A stretch of 60,544 nucleotides of DNA, filler included, from 4 parts of 4 records of this genome joined end to end with filler, not necessarily neighbours in it; one strand, 5' to 3'. Counted from the first letter of the whole stretch, positions 50,328-60,544 are shown. A program made the numbers and translations. The notes: generated by a model not told the origin, from the sequence alone.

Positions 50328-51119
50328 CTAACAAAGCCTTGACCATGCGGGAGCAGCATCAAGGCTGGTAAAATCTCCCGCGGCGATGGTTTGACCCAGA
50401 GTATTGATCGCATTGAGAGCCGCGCGGGTAAATGATCCGCCAAGACTGATCCGCCGCACGCCAGCGTCTGCGAGTTGGTCGAAGGACAGGCCCGATGCAC
50501 CTTGCCCGATGACATGGTTGACCGGAACAGGTACCGATGCGCAGACCGTCCGTATGGCTTCAAGATCAGGTAGGCCCGGGGCGTAGACGACGTCTGCCCC
50601 TGCTTCGGCAAAAGCGGACAGACGGCGAAGAACCTCATCAAGGTCATAGGCACCCTTGCCGAGACCATCGGCGCGAGCCGTCAGGACGATCCCGGATTTC
50701 CGGGCCTCCAAGACAGCGGCGTCAACGCGCTCGAGAGCTTCGGAATATGGTCTTATGTGACCAGGGTTGGACGTGTCGCGATCTTCTATCGAGATGCCGG
50801 CAAGCCCGGCTTTCGCGGCAAGTGCGACCGTCTCCGCGACACCTTTCGGTGTGTCTGCAAAACAGTCTTCGCCGTCCAGCGTTACGGGAAGGCCAGTCGT
50901 ACGGGACAATGCCGATGCGTGGTCGATCGCTTCCTGCCTGGAAATTTGCCGGGAACTATCGCGCCGGCCTGTCGTGAAGGCATATCCCGACGACGTGGTG
51001 GCCAGAGCCTTGAAGCCGCAGTGCGCCAACAGCCTGGCGGATACGGCATCCCACGGGTTGGGCACGATAAAGCACCCGGTCTCGTGCAGTTCTCGAAAGA
51101 CATTGGCTGGGCTGGACAT
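50328..51119 (-). CDS. Isocitrate lyase / PEP mutase family protein
   Basis: PNPWD, ALATTSSG, SIED, LTARAD, AGADVVYAPG. Confidence 0.9.
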   Translation of the reverse strand: MSSPANVFRELHETGCFIVPNPWDAVSARLLAHCGFKALATTSSGYAFTTGRRDSSRQISRQEAIDHASALSRTTGLPVTLDGEDCFADTPKGVAETVALAAKAGLAGISIEDRDTSNPGHIRPYSEALERVDAAVLEARKSGIVLTARADGLGKGAYDLDEVLRRLSAFAEAGADVVYAPGLPDLEAIRTVCASVPVPVNHVIGQGASGLSFDQLADAGVRRISLGGSFTRAALNAINTLGQTIAAGDFTSLDAAPAWSRLC

Positions 51120-51274
51120 TTGAAGGATGCGCGAAGAGCAGGGCTATCTTGTACCGATATGAAAACACAGAGGTAGGAAGAAGGGCAAGCGCGCTGCTTG
51201 GTTGAGCTGCTGTTCAGTTTTCTGAAAACCACTGCCGCCTCCCATGCCGCGAGGCGGCACAAGCATGAGATGAT

Positions 51275-51374
51275 NNNNNNNNNNNNNNNNNNNNNNNNNN
51301 NNNNNNNNNNNNNNNNNNTTAATTAATTAANNNNNNNNNNNNNNNNNNNNNNNNNNNNNNNNNNNNNNNNNNNN
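51275..51374. other. Artificial contig spacer
   Basis: 44 N + TTAATTAATTAA + 44 N. Confidence 0.99.
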
Positions 51375-51644
51375 GCCCATGACAAAGCAGTTGAACAGGG
51401 TCACTTGGCGTGCAGTCCCTGCCCCGGCGGTGATGCGACCTGCTGGCAGATATTTGAAATCTTCGAGCGCGCCAAAAAATTGCTCTTCCCAATGGGCCGG
51501 ATCACTTTCAACACGGGCCAGATCGCGGGCGATCCGACGCCAGCTGTCTTCGACAGTGACATCAATTGGCGCACCGTCAGCTTGTTTGAAACGGTACTTC
51601 ATGTCCCAAATCTGCTCGGCGATGGGGGCAGCAAAACGGCTCAT
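51375..51644 (-). CDS. nrdJ: Adenosylcobalamin-dependent ribonucleotide reductase, 5' part (truncated)
   Basis: QIWDMKYR, LPAGRITAGAGT, VTLFNCFVMG. Confidence 0.9.
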
Positions 51645-51704
51645 AGATCGAATCCCTCGTGGCGTTAGAGTGGCAGAGTTACAATGATTTTCGCTCAGAT
51701 CACA

Positions 51705-51761
51705 ACACTACAATTAGTGGTGAACGTGTATTCTAACCCAACATACCACAAGACCTTGTCG
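51705..51761. promoter_or_regulatory. Tandem NrdR boxes upstream of nrdJ
   Basis: ACACTACAATTAGTGG (51705-51720) and CCACAAGACCTTGTCG (51746-51761), 41 bp apart; match acaCwAtATaTwGtgt. Confidence 0.7.
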
Positions 51762-51822
51762 TTCCCAACATCCACGTTAAACTGTATACCCTGACGTCTG
51801 AGGACGACTCTGGGGATGATCT

Positions 51823-52254
51823 GTGGATAAGTATGTAAATCTCATCAAGCTATCTGTCGGCACGGAAAGCGTGGAAACGTTAGAGGATTGGCACCGTAGC
51901 AAAGCGGCCCAGACCGACGACGGCTATCCGCGCCATGTCACCCGCATGTGGCCCAAACGTGAGGCGGAAATCCTGTCTGGCGGATCAATATACTGGGTTA
52001 TCAAAGGCGAAATCCAATGCCGCCAAAAAATCATACGCATGGATGAGGTAATCGGAGCCGACGGTATTCGGCGCTGTGCCATTGTTTTGGACCCAGAATT
52101 GCACCGTACGCAATCAGCCCTGAAACGCCCCTTTCAAGGCTGGCGTTATCTAAAACCAGAAGACTCCCCAGCGGACTTGGGCTCAACGCCAGACCGTGGG
52201 GATATCTTACCAGAAGAACTAAGCCGAGCTTTGGGAGAGATCGGCGTTTTGTAG
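51823..52254 (+). CDS. DUF1489 family protein
   Basis: LIKLSVG, HVTRMWPKR, GGSIYWVIKG, PFQGWRYL. Confidence 0.9.
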   Translation: MDKYVNLIKLSVGTESVETLEDWHRSKAAQTDDGYPRHVTRMWPKREAEILSGGSIYWVIKGEIQCRQKIIRMDEVIGADGIRRCAIVLDPELHRTQSALKRPFQGWRYLKPEDSPADLGSTPDRGDILPEELSRALGEIGVL

Positions 52255-52261
52255 CTAGACA

Positions 52262-52972
52262 TCAATAGGCGCGGGTTGCATGCGCGCGTGCACCCCAAAA
52301 CAAGGACAGCTCAGCCAAGAGCTTTGAGCCCTCTTCTGAACTGTGATACCCGCGCAGGTCAAATTCTGCGAACTCTGTGAATTGAGTTGCAACCCCAAGA
52401 TCAAAGCTAGAAAGCTGCCCGGGAATTATCGACGTCCCCAGATCGCTACCCCATCCCCCAGAAAGAACCATCCCCCAAGGCAGCCCTTGGTAACTGGCGC
52501 GCGCAGACACCCACTGATCGTTTGTTCGGGTTTCGTAGTAATACTTGCCCTCTACAACCAGATTGGGATTAAGTTCGGTTGCCACGCCCAGAACAATATC
52601 ACCAAACGTACTTGGGTCGTCTTTGTATAGATAGTGAACATATCCGATATCAAATTCAACCGGGCCCCAAACTGGTGTGATCCCGACATACAAGTCTAAC
52701 TCGACATCTTTTACCCCGGCGTACTGCACATTCGAGGCGAGCGCGCCGACATAATACATACCATATGTGGCTTCGATCCACGGCTGGATCGCAGGGCGCC
52801 CCTGTGTTTGCGTCAACCCATTCACGACATAGTCGCTTTTTAGGTCTACCCCATAAGACACCGAAACTTCTTGCGCCGATCCAGTGGTTGGCAAGATCAT
52901 CATACCAAGAATTGCTGCAGAAAGGAGATTTTTGGTTTGATGAACGAACTGGATAGGGGGCATTGACGACAT
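52262..52972 (-). CDS. TorF-family putative porin (TIGR02001-like)
   Basis: Signal-like segment; SDYVVNGLTQTQGRPAIQ, ELDLYVG, FDIGYVHYLY; start uncertain. Confidence 0.75.
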   Translation of the reverse strand: MSSMPPIQFVHQTKNLLSAAILGMMILPTTGSAQEVSVSYGVDLKSDYVVNGLTQTQGRPAIQPWIEATYGMYYVGALASNVQYAGVKDVELDLYVGITPVWGPVEFDIGYVHYLYKDDPSTFGDIVLGVATELNPNLVVEGKYYYETRTNDQWVSARASYQGLPWGMVLSGGWGSDLGTSIIPGQLSSFDLGVATQFTEFAEFDLRGYHSSEEGSKLLAELSLFWGARAHATRAY

Positions 52973-53165
52973 AGAGGTTGGTTTCACAGGCAAGTCTTTC
53001 TTGTAGCCGCAAAGCTGTTTCAACAGAGTGGTATGCCCCGCTAAACGAGCAGAGCAGCTACTGTTAAAACCTACAGGCGAGCAACATAGATAGATGCCAA
53101 TGCACCATTTATCGTCATTGTTGACAATAAATCACACTCTCCGGACGAAAGTCTTGCAAACTTTA

Positions 53166-53864
53166 TCAATCCGCGCTGTCAAACATCCCCATCAAGGCCT
53201 TGAGTGTCGCTTTGTCAGCATCAGAATAGCGTGCAACACGACTACGCCACAGGGTGGCTTGAGACCGCAAAATCAAACCATCCGAAAGGATTTTCAAGTG
53301 ATTAGCGCGCAGTGTTTCGCCTGTTGACGTGATATCGGCAATACCTTCGGCTGTCTCGTTCTTGACAGTACCTTCGGTTGCGCCCTGGCTGTCGACCAAT
53401 GAAAAATCGGCAACGCCACTGTCAGACAGGAATTCCCTCACCAATCGGTGGTATTTTGTCGCGATCCGCATCCGGTGACCGTGGCGCACCCGAAACGCAG
53501 CCGAAGCCGCATCCAGATCATCCAGCGTATCCACATCAACCCAGCAAGCAGGCACAGCGATAATCAGATCCGCCTGCCCAAAACCCAGGCGCTCGACTTC
53601 TTCAACCTGTTGTTCCCAACGGGGCAGTTTTTCATGCACCAGATCGGTTCCGGTCACGCCCAGATGAATGCGACCTGCGGCCAGCTCACGCGGAATTTCA
53701 CCCGCAGACAGCAGCACCAACGAAACGCCATCGATGCCGTCAACCGCCCCGGCATATTCCCGGTCTGACCCGGTCCGGGACAGGGTCACGCCGCGCTTTT
53801 CAAACCAGCTAAAGGTCTTTTCCATCAGCCGCCCCTTAGAGGGCACACCCAATTTCAAGCTCAT
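53166..53864 (-). CDS. hisG: ATP phosphoribosyltransferase, short form
   Basis: VPSKGRL, LGVTGTDL, IATKY, GATE, ADITSTGETL. Confidence 0.96.
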   Translation of the reverse strand: MSLKLGVPSKGRLMEKTFSWFEKRGVTLSRTGSDREYAGAVDGIDGVSLVLLSAGEIPRELAAGRIHLGVTGTDLVHEKLPRWEQQVEEVERLGFGQADLIIAVPACWVDVDTLDDLDAASAAFRVRHGHRMRIATKYHRLVREFLSDSGVADFSLVDSQGATEGTVKNETAEGIADITSTGETLRANHLKILSDGLILRSQATLWRSRVARYSDADKATLKALMGMFDSAD

Positions 53865-54949
53865 TGTGCCGTCTCCTTGAGTTGCAGCATCAGGCCGGGG
53901 CGTAGAACCCCGCCAACTGCGGGAATTTCGGCCCCGTTGCCCAATCGCCGGGTCAGCGCGTCATAGCGCCCACCGCTGGCGATCGATGGCAGGTCCGGGC
54001 GGGTTTCGGCGTGGAAACCAAACACAAACCCATCGTAATATTCCATCGAGGTCCGGCCATAAGCGGCTTCGAAATCGAGCGTTTCCACATCAACGCCGCG
54101 CGCGCTGAGGGCTTGAATGCGGGCCTCTAGACGATCCAGCGCTGGGGTAATTTGCGGCAGATCCACCGCAACATCGCGCAACTGTTCCAGCGCAAAGGGC
54201 ATGGTTTCGCGCACCGTCAGCAAGGTTTCCAGCCCGGCCATTTCATTATCTGAAATCGGGGCGGCCTCGGCGTCAGCCTTTAGCGCCGTGATCCGACCTT
54301 TGACTTCGGCCTGCCCCCGCTTGCCGATCATGGGACCGGCGGCTTCCATCGGGTGTTCCGCAGCCAGTAAAGTCGCACGCGAAACGGGCACTGGTGCGCG
54401 GCCGCTGTAACGGTCCAACAAGGCGCGGAACCGGCGCGGACGCCAGATATGACGCATCAGAGCGGCCTTACGACGCTCTGTTGTTTTCAGCCCGCGCACA
54501 GCGGCCATCAAAATTCCGATGTCCCCAGTTGCGGCACGTAACTTCAAGCCACTAAGCGCTTCGGCAATCAGCGCGAACACCTCGGCGTCAGCTGCGGCGG
54601 GGTTGACGCGATCAAACACTTCGTACCCGACCTGTAGGTATTCATTGGGGCGATCCGGGTCGTGTTCCTGACGGCGGAACACTTCGCCGGAATACGTGTA
54701 TCGCGCCGGTTCAGCCCCGTCTTCCATGTGTTTTTGGACGACTGGAACAGTAAAATCCGGGCGCAGCATCTGTTCACCGCGCAGAGCATCAGATGTGATG
54801 TAGGCGCGGGCGCGAATGTTTTCCCCGTAGAGATCCAGCAGGGTTTCCGCAGGTTGCAGGATGGGCGTTTCGACCAACATCGCACCCGCCTGTTCAAAAT
54901 GGGCGCGCAGGCGTGCCGCCTGTTCGAGTGTTTCAGAGCGTGTGGGCAT
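53861..54949 (-). CDS. hisZ: ATP phosphoribosyltransferase regulatory subunit
   Basis: LRPDFTVP, EYYDGFVF, SGGRYD; between hisS and hisG; start at MPTRS. Confidence 0.93.
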   Translation of the reverse strand: MPTRSETLEQAARLRAHFEQAGAMLVETPILQPAETLLDLYGENIRARAYITSDALRGEQMLRPDFTVPVVQKHMEDGAEPARYTYSGEVFRRQEHDPDRPNEYLQVGYEVFDRVNPAAADAEVFALIAEALSGLKLRAATGDIGILMAAVRGLKTTERRKAALMRHIWRPRRFRALLDRYSGRAPVPVSRATLLAAEHPMEAAGPMIGKRGQAEVKGRITALKADAEAAPISDNEMAGLETLLTVRETMPFALEQLRDVAVDLPQITPALDRLEARIQALSARGVDVETLDFEAAYGRTSMEYYDGFVFGFHAETRPDLPSIASGGRYDALTRRLGNGAEIPAVGGVLRPGLMLQLKETAQ

Positions 54950-54954
54950 TTGTC

Positions 54955-56445
54955 CTATCCGTTCTGACTGGCGAGGATTTCGCGCACCTTGGCGACCAGT
55001 TGATCGCGGGGCACTTCGAATTGGCTGGGGCGTTCTTTCCATTCTTCCAGCGTGGCGCTTTCGGCGATTTTTGCCCCAAGGATCAGATCCTTGATCTGGA
55101 TCACCCCATTGGCCTTTTCGTCGCCGCCTTCGATGATGGCGATAGGGCTATTACGCTTGTCCGCGTATTTCAGCTGATTACCGAAATTCTTGGGGTTGCC
55201 CAGATAGACCTCGGCCCGGATGCCTGCGTTGCGCAGCTCTGCCACCATCGCCTGATAATCGGCCATGCGGGCGCGATCCATTACGGTGACAACCACGGGT
55301 CCGGTTTCCACGGCTTGAATGCGGCCCTTTTCGCGCAGGGCCGCCAACAGGCGATCCACGCCGATAGACACGCCCGTTGCAGGGACTTCCTGACCGGTAA
55401 AGCGCTTAACTAGGTCGTCATAGCGCCCGCCCCCCGCGACAGAGCCGAATTGGCGTTTGCGACCCTTTTCGTCGAAGATTTCAAAGGTCAGTTCAGCCTC
55501 GTAGACTGGGCCGGTATAGTAGCCGAGACCGCGCACGACCGAGGGGTCGATTTCGATGCGATCTGGACCGTACCCACCAGCGGCCAGCAGATCACCGATC
55601 TGTTCCAGCTCATTGATACCTTCGGCACCGATGGCAGAACCACCAACAGCCGCGCGCAGATTGGCGAGCGTTCCGGCGGCATCAGCCGCTTTGGAGGTCA
55701 GGAAAGCAATCACGGGTTCGGCTTGATCTTCGCTCAGGCCGACACCGTCGATATAGGCACCAGAGGCATCCAAGCGCCCTTTGGTCAGCAGTTCGCGCAC
55801 GCCGGATTCGCCGACTTTGTCGAACTTGTCGATGGTGCGCAGAACGTTGTCGCGGGCGGCTTGGTCATCACCAAGGCCCATAACTTCGAGCACGCCATTC
55901 ATGACTTTGCGGTTGTTGACGCGCACCAGATAGTCGCCGCGCGGAATTCCGACGGTTTCTAGCGTATCGCTGAGCATGGCGCAGATTTCCGCGTCTGCAG
56001 CCATCGACGCGGTGCCGACGGTGTCTGCATCGCACTGATAGAACTGGCGATAGCGGCCCGGTCCCGGCTTTTCATTGCGCCAGACCGGACCCATCGCATA
56101 ACGGCGATAGGGTGTTGGCAGATCATTGCGGTGTTGCGCATAGACGCGGGCCAAAGGCGCAGTCAGGTCATAGCGCAGCGCCATCCAGTCGCCGTTGTCT
56201 TTCTCGTCGAATTCCTGCCATGCGAACACACCCTCATTGGGGCGATCCACGTCGGGCAGGAACTTACCCAATGCCTCAACCGTTTCAACGGCACTGCTTT
56301 CAAGCGCGTCAAATCCGTATCGATGGTAGACCCCGGCGATTTGCTGCAGCATCTCGGTGCGCTGCGTGACCTCGGAACCGAAATAGTCGCGGAACCCTTT
56401 TGGCGCGGCGGCCTTGGGGCGGGGCTGTTTCTTGGTCTTTGCCAT
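54955..56445 (-). CDS. hisS: Histidine--tRNA ligase
   Basis: [34 protein letters not shown]. Confidence 0.97.
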   Translation of the reverse strand: MAKTKKQPRPKAAAPKGFRDYFGSEVTQRTEMLQQIAGVYHRYGFDALESSAVETVEALGKFLPDVDRPNEGVFAWQEFDEKDNGDWMALRYDLTAPLARVYAQHRNDLPTPYRRYAMGPVWRNEKPGPGRYRQFYQCDADTVGTASMAADAEICAMLSDTLETVGIPRGDYLVRVNNRKVMNGVLEVMGLGDDQAARDNVLRTIDKFDKVGESGVRELLTKGRLDASGAYIDGVGLSEDQAEPVIAFLTSKAADAAGTLANLRAAVGGSAIGAEGINELEQIGDLLAAGGYGPDRIEIDPSVVRGLGYYTGPVYEAELTFEIFDEKGRKRQFGSVAGGGRYDDLVKRFTGQEVPATGVSIGVDRLLAALREKGRIQAVETGPVVVTVMDRARMADYQAMVAELRNAGIRAEVYLGNPKNFGNQLKYADKRNSPIAIIEGGDEKANGVIQIKDLILGAKIAESATLEEWKERPSQFEVPRDQLVAKVREILASQNG

Positions 56446-56589
56446 GGGAGCATCCTCAGGGGGGCTTTACTGTCGGGGCGGGGTCTAGCCCATGCCCCGC
56501 TGCGGGGCAAGTCACTGCACCCCTGCCGCGCGGTTTCGCGCAAGCAAACGTTGGAAAAAATTAACCGATGCCCACAGGATAGGCAGGGA

Positions 56590-57393
56590 TCAGATGCTTT
56601 CGAAATCGCCTGAGCGCCCTTTGCCTGCCGCAAAACGCGCCGCACCTGCCTGCCCTTCGGCCGCAAAGGTCGCCATCGACGCCCATTCGCGCCGCAATGC
56701 CGCGGCAAGATTTGCCGGAGCCAGTCGGGACGACAGGTGATCGGCCAGCATGCAGGCCTGTGGAAAGCGGATCAAATCGGCGGCAAGATCACGCGCAACG
56801 GACAACGCCTGCCCCTTTGGGCAAGTGCGATTGGCAAATCCCATCGCCAGCGCCTCGGATGGATCAACAGAGCGCCCGGTCAGGATCAGGTCACTGGCGC
56901 GTCCCTGCCCCAAAATGCGCGGCAGGCGAATTGTGCCACCATCAATCAAGGGCACCCCCCAGCGCCGACAGAATACGCCTGTGACCGCGCCTTGGGCCAT
57001 CACGCGCATGTCGCACCACGCTGCAAGCTCCATCCCGCCGGCCACTGCGGGACCTTCGATCGCGGCAATCACGGGTTTGGACAGCATCAGACGCGATGGG
57101 CCCATCGGGCCCGGAATTGGTTGGGCAATCGGATCAGCCCAATCGTCGGGAATTGCAAGCGCGGCCATCCAGTCACTGGCCGCGCCTGACCCGGCTGTTT
57201 TCAAATCAAACCCGGCGCAGAAATAGCCCCCCGCCCCAGACAGGATTGCGACGCGCTGGTCTGCGTCCTGTTCAAACGCAAGAAACGCTTCGAAAAGCTG
57301 TCGCGCGGTTTCGGGGTCGACGGCATTGCGTGCGTCCGGTCGATTGATCGTGATCGTCGTAATCCCGTCGGTCTGGTCGATGGTGATGGTCAT
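56590..57393 (-). CDS. Enoyl-CoA hydratase / crotonase family protein
   Basis: NRPDARNAVD, FCAGFDL, AVAGGMELA, GVPLIDGGT. Confidence 0.93.
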   Translation of the reverse strand: MTITIDQTDGITTITINRPDARNAVDPETARQLFEAFLAFEQDADQRVAILSGAGGYFCAGFDLKTAGSGAASDWMAALAIPDDWADPIAQPIPGPMGPSRLMLSKPVIAAIEGPAVAGGMELAAWCDMRVMAQGAVTGVFCRRWGVPLIDGGTIRLPRILGQGRASDLILTGRSVDPSEALAMGFANRTCPKGQALSVARDLAADLIRFPQACMLADHLSSRLAPANLAAALRREWASMATFAAEGQAGAARFAAGKGRSGDFESI

Positions 57394-57492
57394 GGCTGCC
57401 TCCCGTTTTCAGGTAGCTTCCAAGCACAGGCCAAGGGCTGGCAAGTGTGACGTTGCGCCTGTATGACAGAGCCAAAGCCTAAGGAGCCCGCC

Positions 57493-57687
57493 ATGCAACA
57501 TCTCGAGGAACAGATCGCCCACTTGACCAAGACAGTGGACGAGATGAGTGCCGTCATGGCGCGTCAGGAACGTGAGCTTGCCGTTCTGACACGACGGGTT
57601 CAGATGCTGATGGAACGCGAAGCCCATCGCGAACAGGATGGCGGCGGTAGCGCGGTGTTTGGAAACGAACGCCCGCCACATTACTGA
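57493..57687 (+). CDS. slyX: SlyX family protein
   Basis: LEEQIAHL and terminal ERPPHY; AAGGAG RBS before ATG 57493. Confidence 0.9.
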   Translation: MQHLEEQIAHLTKTVDEMSAVMARQERELAVLTRRVQMLMEREAHREQDGGGSAVFGNERPPHY

Positions 57688-57700
57688 GACGGCCAGCGGT

Positions 57701-58318
57701 ATGATGCCCGTCCTCTATTCCTTTCGGCGGTGTCCCTATGCAATGCGGGCGCGATTGGCCTTGGCGTCCGCCGGGGTTGAGGTTGCATTGCGCGAGATTG
57801 TGTTGCGCGCCAAGCCAGCGGCGTTTTTGGACACCTCGCCCAGTGGAACGGTGCCCTGCTTGAAGGTGGCGGATACGATTATTGACGAAAGCCTCGATGT
57901 GATGATCTGGGCGTTGGGCCGGCAAGACCCAGAGGGTTGGCGCAACATGCCAGACTCGGGTTGGGATTGGATCGAACGCGCGGATGGGCCGTTCAAACAT
58001 GCACTGGATCGCACCAAATATGCGACGCGCTATCCCGATCAAAATGCGGGTGAACATCGCGTGGCCGCGTCTGTATTTTTGACAGATCTGGATGCCCAAA
58101 TCGGAGATTGGATTTTTGATCGCCCCACATTGGCCGACTATGCAATTCTGCCCTTTGTCCGCCAGTTCGCATTCATCGACAAAGCTTGGTTTGACGCGCA
58201 GCCGTGGCCCAATCTGCAACGCTGGCTAGAGCGCTTTTTAGTCTCAGACCGATTTCAAGCCATCATGACAAAGTACCCGGCGTGGGAGCCGGATACGCCT
58301 GTTGTGACTTTTCCCTGA
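57701..58318 (+). CDS. Glutathione S-transferase family protein
   Basis: LYSFRRCPYAMRAR, SPSGTVP, DESLD, PFVRQF. Confidence 0.92.
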   Translation: MMPVLYSFRRCPYAMRARLALASAGVEVALREIVLRAKPAAFLDTSPSGTVPCLKVADTIIDESLDVMIWALGRQDPEGWRNMPDSGWDWIERADGPFKHALDRTKYATRYPDQNAGEHRVAASVFLTDLDAQIGDWIFDRPTLADYAILPFVRQFAFIDKAWFDAQPWPNLQRWLERFLVSDRFQAIMTKYPAWEPDTPVVTFP

Positions 58319-58323
58319 TCAGA

Positions 58324-59175
58324 TCAGCGCAGGCAGAAATTCCAAGCATCTTGGCCTAGATTATTGCGCGCCTCTGGGGTTTGGTTTGCTGCGGGTTCAA
58401 TACAGTCTGGTGATTGCGCCGTCTGTGTCCAGACACCAAGATACCGCAAAGGCGAACCGCCCGAGGCCTCCCAGACCTCGGATTGGAATTCCGATTGCAT
58501 CTTTAAGAAATAGGACGATCCCTGGCCGGTTTGCGGGTCAACCTGAAATGCATCGACATAACCAGGTTCCGGGGTCATACGGGTCACTTGGCAAGTATAG
58601 GGTCCAGTAAAAACCGTTTCGCAATTGGCCGTCACCGTCTGGGGCTGAGACGCAGCTGGCGCTTGGGTTGTTTGTGCCTGACGCACCTGCCCCCCAATGG
58701 AATTGCATTCTTGTATCTTCAGGATCGCTGCTGTTGAGCCGCTCAGCGACCAGTAGCGCGGGTAATCCCCGTTAATCTCGACGCCCAGCTGGCTGCCACG
58801 TTTCAGATACTGCAGCTCGTTCGGGGTCAGCTCTTTAGTTGCGTACCCGAAATCAAAGCCGAATTGCGCGTCAAAGTCCGCCTTATCGACGCCCATGATG
58901 GCACCGCCAAATGTGCTGGTCTGTTGGGTTGGGACCACGATTTGCCACAGATTGCTGTAATATTCGAGCGCAAGCTGTTCGCCGCGTTCGGTTTTAACCG
59001 CGCGGCATCCGATAAAGCCGCTGTAGCTGTGATTGATGGCGTATACTGTCCACCCGCGGGTTTCCGCGTAAAACGCCACCTGCTCTTCGGGGTGAACCAC
59101 CTGCGCTTGTGCAGAGGTCCACAACCCCGAGATCGCGCAGAGGGGAAAAAAGAAATTCTTTACGGTAGATGGCAT
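58324..59175 (-). CDS. Secreted hypothetical protein, two domains joined by a Q/T/A/P linker
   Basis: Signal peptide ending AQA; several Cys; no recognised family; start uncertain. Confidence 0.7.
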   Translation of the reverse strand: MPSTVKNFFFPLCAISGLWTSAQAQVVHPEEQVAFYAETRGWTVYAINHSYSGFIGCRAVKTERGEQLALEYYSNLWQIVVPTQQTSTFGGAIMGVDKADFDAQFGFDFGYATKELTPNELQYLKRGSQLGVEINGDYPRYWSLSGSTAAILKIQECNSIGGQVRQAQTTQAPAASQPQTVTANCETVFTGPYTCQVTRMTPEPGYVDAFQVDPQTGQGSSYFLKMQSEFQSEVWEASGGSPLRYLGVWTQTAQSPDCIEPAANQTPEARNNLGQDAWNFCLR

Positions 59176-59322
59176 TAAACAACTCACGTTTTGAAATAAG
59201 AAAGCACCAAAATTGGTGCGCCAAAACTGAAACCGCCGTTTAGAGACTGTCAAGTTTCCCTTTCAAAACCTGACGCGTAACGTCACGACACACCTATGCC
59301 GTGACCTCCACGTGGTGAGCCT

Positions 59323-60544
59323 TCACAATTCTTCGACTGTCATTACGCCATCGAGCGATTTGATCGCACTTTTGATTTGGGGGCTGATCGGGAAATCCTG
59401 CCCCAGATCCATTTCGACCTCACCCGGCAAACCCGCGGCCAACAGGCAGACCGTGATGGGGCCTTTATTACCGCCTTTGGTGGTTTGCATCGCATTTTCC
59501 AGAACCGAGGCGACGGTGGGGACTGTTTCGGGAACTTCGAGATACACCTTGAGGCCACTGGAGCCACCCGCCTGTGCAATGGCCGCATCGATGGGACCAA
59601 CGGACCGGCCCAGCAGTTTGAGCTGGTCGCTTTCCATTGTCGCCTCGGCGGTGATCACAACATGGGCACCGGTTTCAAGGAATTCACGGCATTTTTCCAA
59701 TGTGTCCGAGAACAGGGTGATTTCATAGGCGCCGGTGGGGTCGCTGAGCTGTGCAAAGGCAAAGCGGTTGCCGCGCGCGGATTTGCGTTCCTGCCGTCCG
59801 GCGACAACACCCGCCATTTTGGCCAACATCGGGCCCCGCTCGGCCTTGGCGAGCACCTCATCCAAGGTCAATACGTCCTTGCGTTTAAGCGAGGACATGT
59901 AGTCGTCCAAAGGGTGACCGGACAGGTAAAACCCGATGGCCTTGAACTCTTCGCTCAGACGTTCGGCGGGCAGCCAGTCCGGTGATTGGGACATGCGGGG
60001 TTCGGGCAGGTCATCGCCTGCCTCGCCAAACAGCGACACCTGATTGGAGTTCTTTTGCTCAAAGATCGCGGCGGAGTAATTCACCAGCGCATCAAGGCTT
60101 TCAAACACACGGCGTCGGTTGCCATCGAGTTGATCAAAGGCCCCAGCGCGGGCCAACATTTCGAGCGGACGTTTCCCGACCCGTTTCAGTTCGACCCGGC
60201 GTGCCACGTCATACAGAGTTGCAAACGGCGTTTCAGCCCGCCCCGCAACAATGAGGTTCATCGCCTCGACACCGACGTTCTTCAGAGCGCCCAGCGCATA
60301 GACCAATTCGCCCTTCACAACATTAAAGGTCGCGAGTGATCGGTTCACGCAGGGTGGAATATACGGCAACCCGAGGCCCTTTTTCACCTCTTGGAAATAA
60401 ACTGCCAATTTATCCGTTAGGTGAATATCGCAGTTCATCACGCCGGCCATGAATTCAACCGGGTGATTGGCCTTGAGCCAACCGGTTTGATAGCTGACCA
60501 CCGCATAGGCAGCCGCGTGGGATTTGTTGAAACCGTAGTTGGCG
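59323..60544 (-). CDS. dnaE: DNA polymerase III alpha subunit, 3' part (runs off the window)
   Basis: YGFNKSHAAAY at the window edge, ALKNVG, GFYLSGHPL, OB fold. Confidence 0.97.
   Translation of the reverse strand, partial: ANYGFNKSHAAAYAVVSYQTGWLKANHPVEFMAGVMNCDIHLTDKLAVYFQEVKKGLGLPYIPPCVNRSLATFNVVKGELVYALGALKNVGVEAMNLIVAGRAETPFATLYDVARRVELKRVGKRPLEMLARAGAFDQLDGNRRRVFESLDALVNYSAAIFEQKNSNQVSLFGEAGDDLPEPRMSQSPDWLPAERLSEEFKAIGFYLSGHPLDDYMSSLKRKDVLTLDEVLAKAERGPMLAKMAGVVAGRQERKSARGNRFAFAQLSDPTGAYEITLFSDTLEKCREFLETGAHVVITAEATMESDQLKLLGRSVGPIDAAIAQAGGSSGLKVYLEVPETVPTVASVLENAMQTTKGGNKGPITVCLLAAGLPGEVEMDLGQDFPISPQIKSAIKSLDGVMTVEEL

Noticed and set aside
48006..58318. slyX next to a GST gene in two places
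   Set aside because: Different contigs and probably different organisms, different GST subfamilies and different orientation (divergent versus tandem); most likely coincidence.

Overview
This window is not one locus. It is four unrelated contigs joined by artificial spacers (44 N + TTAATTAATTAA + 44 N at 19467-19566, 43381-43480 and 51275-51374), so no synteny across spacers is meaningful. Taxonomic labels below are inferred from protein character and gene order. Contig 1 (1-19466; FCB-group-like, probably Ignavibacteria/Kapabacteria) carries a CADD-type diiron oxidase, ClpS and a long minus-strand block: SprE/PorW-like TPR lipoprotein, PAS kinase, sigma54 activator, then HEAT-cheR-cheY-cheY-cheZ-cheA-cheB and an orphan CxCG protein. 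It also has an M61 peptidase, an HPD/J-domain-like protein and a peroxiredoxin. Contig 2 (19567-43380; Roseibium/Labrenzia-like) is core genome: rne', amiC, PBP1A, frameshifted prfB, M23 peptidase, DUF455, bcp, AsmA/YhdP, tyrS, dmpA, glnB-glnA, an EcfG-promoter DUF1328/HWE-kinase cluster, nnr and a truncated tRNA-Leu. Contig 3 (43481-51274; Roseibium-like) has YoaK, a MacAB-like ABC system, slyX, GST, YceI and an ICL/PEP-mutase. Contig 4 (51375-60544; Roseobacter-group-like) has nrdJ' with NrdR boxes, DUF1489, a TorF-like porin, hisS-hisZ-hisG, a crotonase, slyX, GST and dnaE'. No CRISPR array, transposase, integrase or defence system was seen. The best candidate for novelty is the contig 1 chemosensory module: a CheZ with four repeats of the CheY-binding tail peptide, a CheA with no recognisable P2 domain, a HEAT partner, an orphan CxCG protein, and a candidate sigma54 promoter next to its probable activator.
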